A stretch of 64,000 nucleotides of DNA, taken from positions 2,914,001 through 2,978,000 of the forward strand of contig OZ024754.1 in the NCBI GenBank assembly GCA_964016885.1, written 5' to 3'. Source of the DNA: Eledone cirrhosa. Taxonomy: Eukaryota. The notes under the pieces are model-generated. The model saw nothing but the letters and a program-made list of their open reading frames with translations, had not been told where the DNA came from and did no database searches. Below, one piece after another: positions 55,835-64,000 of the stretch. Numbering within the stretch: position 1 is the stretch's first letter; every line of letters starts with the position of its first letter. A program made the position numbers and the translations under genes.

Positions 55835-57101
55835 TAACCCTGCTTCAGTACTGACTTAGTCTGTGTAAACCTAACCCTACTTCAGTACTTGGTCTATCTA
55901 GACCTAACCCCACCTCAGTACTTGGTCTATATAGACCTAACCCCTTTTCAGGACCGACTTGGTCTATGTAGACCTAACCCTACTTCAGTACTTGGTCTAT
56001 ATAGACCTAACCCCACCTCAGTACTTGGTCTATATAGACCTAACCCCTTTTCAGGACCGACTTGGTCTATGTAGACCTAACCCTACTTCAGTACATGGTC
56101 TATCTAGACCTAACCCCACCTCAGTACTTGGTCTATCTAGACCTAACCCTACTTCAGTACATGGTCTATCTAGACCTAACCCTACTTCAGTACATGGTCT
56201 ATCTAGACCTAACCCCACCTCAGTACTTGGTCTATATAGACCTATCCCCTTTTCAGGACCGACTTGGTCTATGTAGACCTAACCCTACTTCAGTACTTGG
56301 TCTATCTAGACCTAACCCCACCTCAGTACTTGGTCTATATAGACCTAACCCCTTTTCAGGACCGACTTGGTCTATCTAGACCTAACCCTACTTCAGTACA
56401 TGGTCTATCTAGACCTAACCCTACTTCAGTACATGGTCTATCTAGACCTAACCCTACTTCAGTACATGGTCTATCTAGACCTAACCCCACCTCAGTACTT
56501 GGTCTATATAGACCTAACCCCTTTTCAGGACCGACTTGGTCTATCTAGACCTAACCCTACTTCAGTACATGGTCTATCTAGACCTAACCCTACTTCAGTA
56601 CATGGTCTATCTAGACCTAACCCCACCTCAGTACTTGGTCTATATAGACCTAACCCCACCTCAGTACTTGGTCTATATAGACCTAACCCCACCTCAGTAC
56701 TTGGTCTATATAGACCTAACCCCTTTTCAGGACTGACTTGGTCTATGTAGACCTAACCCCACTTCGGTACTTGGTCTATGTAGACCTAACTCCACCTCAC
56801 TACTTGGTCTATATAGACCTAACCCCTTTTTCAGGACTGACTTGGTCTATGTAGACCTAACCCCACCTCAGTACTTGGTCTATATAGACCTAACCCCTTT
56901 TCAGGACTGACTTGGTCTATGTAGACCTAACCCCACTTCGGTACTTGGTCTATGTAGACCTAACTCCACCTCACTACTTGGTCTATATAGACCTAACCCC
57001 TTTTTCAGGACTGACTTGGTCTATGTAGACCTAACCCCACCTCAGTACTTGGTCTATGTAGACCTAACCCCGTTTCAGGACTGACTTGGTCTATGTAGAC
57101 C
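55835..57101. repeat. 33/37-bp minisatellite (~36 units) containing a GGTCTA-nn-TAGACC palindrome
   Basis: Units cttggtctatatagacctaaccccacctcagta (33 bp) and ...ccccttttcaggaccga (37 bp). Confidence 0.95.
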
Positions 57102-57225
57102 AGTCCAACTCTGGCTAGCAGGGAAAGCAGAGGCTAAAACGACAATAAGGATGATGTGTGTCTGTATCTATATTTATGTGTGTGTAAGACTATCTGTATA
57201 TTTATGTGTGAAAGTATGCCTGTCA

Positions 57226-57257
<32 letters not shown>

Positions 57258-57745
57258 ATATAAATAAATGAAGCTATGAGATGAGGGTTAATTTCAGTTA
57301 AAGATACTTTACATTTTTTTTTTTTAAATTAAAAAAAAATTTCATTTGGGGGGGGGGGGGGGGGAATGGATATTTTTTAACTTTCCTGTAATTTATTCGA
57401 AATCAAATTAATAGAATTTTTCCAATAATTAAAGCAAGGAATGTTTCATACGTATCAGTTCAGAGGATATAACATTATAGTTATTTTATTTGGGGTGGGG
57501 TGGGAGTATACTGGCTGATATGCTAATTAATTTGTTATGGGTACAGACACAGTTTCATATGAATGAAACAGTTCTAGTCCTGTAGAAGTCATTTCTGTTT
57601 ATAATAAAGATACCTATATTCTACCAATGTATTGAGTACTTTCTTTTTAAACTGTGGTTACCCTCCATCTCTCTGACACAACTCGGGAACCTATATACTA
57701 TCATCATCATCATCGTTTAACGTCCATTTTCCACGCTAGCATGGG

Positions 57746-57780
<35 letters not shown>

Positions 57781-58549
57781 TTGAAATGGACGGATGATGA
57801 TTTATATACACACACACACACACACACACACTTCATCATCATCATCGTTTAATGTTCATCTGTTTTCCATGCTAACAAGCGTTGAACTATTATATATATA
57901 TCATCATCACCATCCCTTCTGTGTCTGTTTTTTCCATGTTTCCATGGGTTGGACTGTGTATGTCATATGTTGTACTTTTCCATAACATTTCTCTGCTTGA
58001 TTGCCCTTCCTAGTCCCGACCATTTTACAGCGTGGCCTAGGTTCATTTTATAATATACCAGTAGCACCATCAGAGAGTCATTTTTTTCTGACTGAACTTA
58101 ACCCTTTAGCATTTAAACTGGCTGTATCCGGCCAGAATTCTCTCACTTCTTTCTTCTGTTCAAACCAGCTGTAACCGGCCACTTGTACTGATGTTGAGGT
58201 ATTGTTCTCAAAATAAATATCAAAATATTATAGATTCCATATTATGTGAGATAAAGTCATTACCATGGAAATATAATAATAAATATAGAGTAATGTAAAT
58301 GATAAAGGGTTATGGTTTCTTTTGTCTACCTTGTATCAGTTTTTATTCAGTTGTGACTGTTCTTCTAGATGAGTTGCTTTCCTCATGGCTTATGAAGCCC
58401 ACCTCAACCTCTTGTATTCTTATTTATTTAGAATAACTGCCCTCCAAGTCATTTATATACACACACAAACACACACACATGTATATAGCTTTCACATTTC
58501 TTCCTCTTCTCACTCTGTCTTTCTATTTCACCTTTTATTTCTCCTTCTA

Positions 58550-58585
58550 TCTGCTGATGAAGGACTAGTGTCTGAAATGTTAAGA
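58550..58585 (+). ncRNA. Minimal hammerhead motif, family D (slightly degenerate)
   Basis: CTGATGA(58554) aggac tagt gtct GAAATGTT aaga. Confidence 0.5.
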
Positions 58586-58779
58586 CTCATTTCCTACTAT
58601 TTCAAGCGTTAAACTAATTATATTTCTTCATTGTACTGTGTTTGCTTTCATGTTTCTGTTTATTTTTGTGCACTTATATATATATATATATATACACCTC
58701 TCAAAGGCGACACACGACTGTGACCTCTGGCGTCACGCAGTAATACAGAGTACCCGACCTCCCATGGGTACAAGCTGAA

Positions 58780-59025
58780 GCATATAGACAATATGCCCCC
58801 ACACCCTCCCACTGCAAGGTGGTCGTGGAGGTGCCACGGCAAAAAAGCACCCAGCACTCACTGTAAATGAGGTTGGTGTTAGGAAGGGCATCCAGCTGTA
58901 GAAATCAAGCCAGAATCAGTTCCTGTATGAGCAAGGCATGGTCAGCCGACCAGACACTGCCCACAACAGGACAACCCGTCTAACCCATGCTAGCATGGAA
59001 GAACGGACGTAAAACGGTGTTGATG
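58780..59025 (+). mobile_element. SINE family 1-related variant lacking the tRNA head (minus-strand relatives at 63380-63500 and 63548-63772)
   Basis: Shares the core ggtggtcgtggaggtgccacggc...ggaagggcatccagctgtagaaatc, with an alternative tail cccgtctaacccatgctagcatggaagaacggacgtaaaacg. Confidence 0.7.
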
Positions 59026-59288
59026 ATATATATATATATCTATATATATTCTTTATTAAGAGTAAGTTTGAGTTGTTTTACTCTAGAATTTCTCTGTATA
59101 TAGGACTTTTTAGGAATTCCAATGAAAGGGTTCTCTTTCATGTATATCAATTGATGTAAAGGAGGGCTTTATTTATATATTTCCACATCAGTTTGTTAGT
59201 TAAACCCCACAAAAAGAGAGCCCTGTCCTACAATTTCTGATACTTTTCTCTTCTCTTGTCCTGTTTGTTGGTTGACACACATTCAGAG

Positions 59289-59321
<33 letters not shown>

Positions 59322-59414
59322 GACTGCTATAACAATATACTTGGGATTTTGCTTTTTAAGAGAAAAAAAAAAACAAGGCTGACAAACTCAGCTTATCAGG
59401 GTATTTTTTTAACT

Positions 59415-59500
<86 letters not shown>

Positions 59501-59580
59501 TTAATCAGTTTGTTTTACTTGATAGTTTGAAACAAACCACAATAAAATAAGGCAACACACACATGTATATATTTGTGTGG

Positions 59581-59628
<48 letters not shown>

Positions 59629-59804
59629 TATCTTTCACTTGTCATCCTCAGTGTAGGCGAGAAAACTGATTTTCCAGATTTATTATTGTTATTATTACTT
59701 GTTAATTTCTCCCCCACTGTCCCTGTCTATTGTATTGTCCTCCTTTTTGTTGGCCCTTGAGGCAAATATAAAGAAATAATAATAATTATTATTATTATTT
59801 AGAT

Positions 59805-60122
59805 TAGCAGAATAGGTAGTGTCAGACAACATACTTTCCAGCATAGAGTTACGGCCCTTTATATTCTGAGTTCAAATTCTGCCGAGATTAGCTTTACCTT
59901 TCATCCTTACAGGGTAGATAAAATAAAGTACCAGTAATGCACTGGGTAATTGCTGGCCTTGTGTCTAAAGTAGAAACAATTATTTTCCCTTTACGGTCTG
60001 AATTCAAATCCCGCCGAGGTTAACTTTGCCTTTCATCCTTACAGGGTAGATAAAATAAAGTACCAGTAATGTACTGGGTAATTGCTGGCCTTGTGCCAAA
60101 AGTAGAAGCAATTATTATTATT
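59805..60122 (+). mobile_element. Two tandem SINE family 2 copies
   Basis: Repeated gttcaaat..gccgag...gtagaa.caattatt. Confidence 0.75.
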
Positions 60123-60317
60123 TTAGTAGTGGTCTCCTCCACTTTTTTTTTTGTATTTTGTTAAAAAAAATGTGTAGATTTTTATTTTATTTTATTTATT
60201 CCTTGTTTGCAATCTACAGGAGGTAGGGCTGTGTTGCCCCACAGAGATAGCAGTTTTGGCTATCAGAAAAGGTTGTTTTACTTGAAATAATGTGAAAACC
60301 TGCCTTCTCTTTCCCCA

Positions 60318-60378
<61 letters not shown>

Positions 60379-60604
60379 TTTTGTTTTATTATATCTTTAT
60401 ATTGTTGGTATATCTTACCTTTATTATCTTGTAAGAATGACACCAATCAACCTCTTGTCCTTAGTTATCATTTGACAAGTTCACACATCAAACCATTCAA
60501 AAAATGACACACACACACATGAATGGACCTGTTGTTTTTATCTAAAGACATTTTTTCCAATTCCACCCCACCCGTCCCCTCAATCTATCTTATTTCTCAT
60601 TCTT

Positions 60605-60640
60605 TCTTCTGATGAAGGACTAGCGTCCGAAACGTTAAGA
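60605..60640 (+). ncRNA. Minimal hammerhead motif, family D (best copy)
   Basis: TCTT CTGATGA(60609) a GGAC tagc GTCC GAAACGTT AAGA; 4-bp stems I and II, palindromic ACGT stem III. Confidence 0.65.
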
Positions 60641-63049
60641 CCCTCTTCCTGCTATATCAAGCGTTAACCTAATATATCCCTTCCATAAACTGTACCGATT
60701 GTGTTGTTATTTCTGTTTACCTTTTACATATAAATATATATAATAGTTTCATCAATCCCTTCTCCACAATATTTTTAATGAAATGCAACCATATTTTAAT
60801 TAAGTAATGTATTAATAATTTTGTGATTAACCCTTTCATGACCGCATTTCTAATGAAATACACTCTATTTTAATTAAGTAATGAAGAATTTTGAGTGATT
60901 TACTAAAATTATTAATTATTTCATTACTAAGATAACAACTTAATGTAGGTTCTTATATAAAATTATGTTGGAAACTTTTAAATGGGTGACTTTATTTCTT
61001 CGAACCAGATATGGTTTTGTATGGGTTGGTAACTAAAGGGTTAAAATGGCAAAGGTCATTGGTAGTATCAGTATTTAGTTATGACCCTTTATATTCTGAG
61101 TTCAAATCTCACCAAAATCTGGGGTTGATGAATAAAAGTACCGGTAAAGTACAAAAGTCTGTTGGCTTTCTCTTTTCCTAAATTTTTGGCCTTGTGCTTC
61201 AATTAGAAATCCTTATTAAGATGGTATTTGTAGCATTATTTAACAAAAGGGTCTTATATCAAATTGCGCTGGGAGGGTTTAATTTAAATGGGAACTCTTT
61301 AAAATTGGTGATTTTGTTTCATAGAACCAGATAGTTAATATCCAAAGGATTTAAGACCTCTCTTTCTCTCTCTCACACATTCACTCTCTCTCTCTCTCTC
61401 TCTCTCTTTCACTAACTCTAGATCTGTTTTACTATTCATTACATAATTAAATCTGGGATGTCATATATATTATATATATATATATATATATCATATTTTG
61501 ATTGACCTGTCTTCTTTCATACTCTGGAATCTAATTAATATATTTTTAAATTTTATATGCTTATATGTGTCTCTGCCTCTCTCTCTCTCTCTCTCTGTGT
61601 GGGGAGGGACTTACCTTCTCAGCTACAATGATATTTTCAACACTGAGTAAAATGATAGAATGTTTGAGATTAGTAAAATATATATATATATATTGTTTAA
61701 TGTGTGTTTGTGGGAAAGCAATTGAACTTTATTTTTTTAACTTTATATTTCTGGGTGGAAAAAAAAAACACAAGGAAGAATATTTTTCTGTAATTCAGTC
61801 TTAGAAAAACAGGCAATATTTTCCTTTCTTTTGTCCTTTTCTTCTGGTTCTCTACCCCACAGTATCCCCCCCCCTTAACCCATCTCCCCTGCTCCCACCC
61901 CTTGATTTATTTTTTCTTTTATACTCAGTGAGAGAGGGGAAACCTACCCACCATATGGTAAAGTGCTTTACCATCTTTGCCTGGTTTCTGATTCTTGAAG
62001 GCAACAGACAGAACCAAACTGACCAAACCCTGAAGAGTTCCTCTAGACCCTCTTAAGTCTCTCTACTGCCAGAAACATGACTGATGATGAGAAGGGTTGG
62101 GTGGAAGAGTTCTTGACTAGCTTCACATACACAAACATATATACATACATACATACATACATGTACATACATACATACATACATATATATGTATATATAT
62201 ATATATATGCACACACATACATATATACACACATATACATACATGTACATACACGTATATATATACAGAGGGTGTAACAAATCGTCCTTGTATTATATAT
62301 ATATATACACACACACAAACATATATACATATATACATACATACACATATACATACATGTACATATATATATATATATATATTCACACATACATATACAC
62401 ATTCACACATACCTACACACATAAATGTACATACATACATATATATACACATACATACACATACCTACACATATAAATACACACACATACATATATTAGA
62501 CACAAGGCAGCGCTAAAACATTTTTGCAAGTGTCAAAACAACACACAGGAACAACATATTGGATTCTCGTCTTTCCTTGCTCCCTCTCCCCCCTTACATA
62601 GTTTACACTCACCCCCAACACCCTTATAATCCCAATTTCCACTCATATATATATACTGCTTATATTTTCTTTAGTCTTCCCCCACCACCTTATCCTAGCC
62701 CCTGTCCTATCTTCTCCCTTTCATTGACATCGAGGAACTTCAGAATGGTTAAAAGTTAAAAGAAAACAAAAAACAAAAAAGAATTCCTGAATTTTAAATT
62801 GTCAAAGATTTCATTTATTTCTTTTGTTGTGTTTCTTTTAGTTGTTGGTGTTGTTGTTTTCTTTTGTTTAAAAAATTTGATTCTTCTTCCATGTCATGTT
62901 CTGAAGAAGAAGGGAGGAAAAAATAGGGGTGTTATTTAGAAAACAGATATCAGTAGTGGTAAGTTTGTATCTAGAGTAAGTGATAGATGTTCTCTCCTTG
63001 TGAGAATGTTCTGGTCTTAGTGGATTCTGTGGTGTACATATATATATAT

Positions 63050-63360
63050 ATGGCTTAGTGGTTAGAGCATTGGCCTTGCAATCGAAAGGTTGTGAGTTCA
63101 ATTCTTAGACCGGGTGATGTGTTGTTTCCTTGAGCAAGATACTTTATTTCCCATTGCTCCAGTTTACTCAGCTGTAGAAATGAGATGATAGGGACTGGGG
63201 TCCCTATCATTCCACTGAAAAGTGGTCGTGGAGGTGCCACAGAAAAAAGCACCCAGCACTCACTGTAAATGAGGTTGGTGTTAGGAAGGGCATCCAGCTG
63301 TAGAAATCAATCCCTTGCAAGCAGGGAAAAAGCGGATGTAAAATGATGATGATGATGATG
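63050..63360 (+). mobile_element. tRNA-derived SINE family 1
   Basis: A-box TGGCTTAGTGG, B-box GAGTTCAATTC and an (ATG)n tail. Confidence 0.85.
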
Positions 63361-63506
63361 ATATACATACATATATATATATCATCATCATCATCAACGT
63401 TTTACGTCCGTTCTTCCATGCTAGCATGGGTTAGACGGGTTGTCCTGTTGTGGGCAGTGTCTGGTCGGCTGACCATGTGATGCTCATACAGGAACTGATT
63501 TTCGCT

Positions 63507-63550
<44 letters not shown>

Positions 63551-64000
63551 TCATCACTGTTTTACGTCCATTCTTCCACGCTAGCATGGGTTAGACGGGT
63601 TGTCCTGTTGTGGGCAATGCCAGGTCGGGTGACCTTGGCTTGATTTCTACAGCTGGATGCCCTTCCTAACACCAACCTCATTTACAGTGAGTTCTGGGTG
63701 CTATTTTTTGTCGTGACTCCTCCACGACCACTTGGCAGTGTGAGGGGGTGGGGGCATATTGTCTATATGCTTCATATACATATACACACACACACACACA
63801 CACATACACATATATGTATATATGATGGCTGCAACTTGATTTTAACTAATGCCATTGCTTGAGCATCATGGACATTGCTTCCTAGTCCTGCTAAGGTCTT
63901 GCCTATGGCCAGCAATGACATGCATCATAAAAAAAAAGTCACATCAAGCGATGCCTGTGCTTGAAGCTTTTTAACCCTTTAGCATTTAAATTACTCTATA

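Noticed and set aside
55835-57101. CRISPR-like array (palindromic ~33-37 bp periodicity)
   Set aside because: No unique spacers; the intervening sequences are a few recurring variants. The context is eukaryotic with no cas genes, and the unit derives from a retroposon.
62081-62110. CTGATGA at 62081 (also CTGAAGA at ~62031 and 62901)
   Set aside because: No stem II, GAAA and stem III arrangement follows; chance matches.

Overview
AT-rich eukaryotic genomic DNA saturated with microsatellites ((TA)n, (CA)n, (CAT)n, (GA)n). Repeat style suggests an octopus or other cephalopod; this is inference only. Almost all ORFs in the track are microsatellite or repeat artefacts. The one well-supported coding feature is a first coding exon (43305-43597, +) encoding a signal peptide and LRRNT cap of an LRIG-type leucine-rich-repeat protein; the rest of the window appears to be its intron. 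The remainder is mobile DNA: tRNA-derived SINEs, decayed RTE and Tx1/L1-like LINE ends, hAT, piggyBac-like and Tc1/mariner-like MITEs, and minisatellites. The main finding is a set of short non-coding repeats carrying type I hammerhead ribozyme cores (CTGATGA-stem II-GAAA-stem III-NUH): four families with complete cores, one with a degenerate core and one retaining only the 3' half. They show between-copy stem covariation, usually sit in or beside (TA)n tracts, and are often arranged as long inverted repeats. This resembles Penelope-like pLTR or retrozyme-type elements, and several copies lie in sense orientation inside the LRIG intron. All folds were read by eye and none is experimentally or computationally confirmed.
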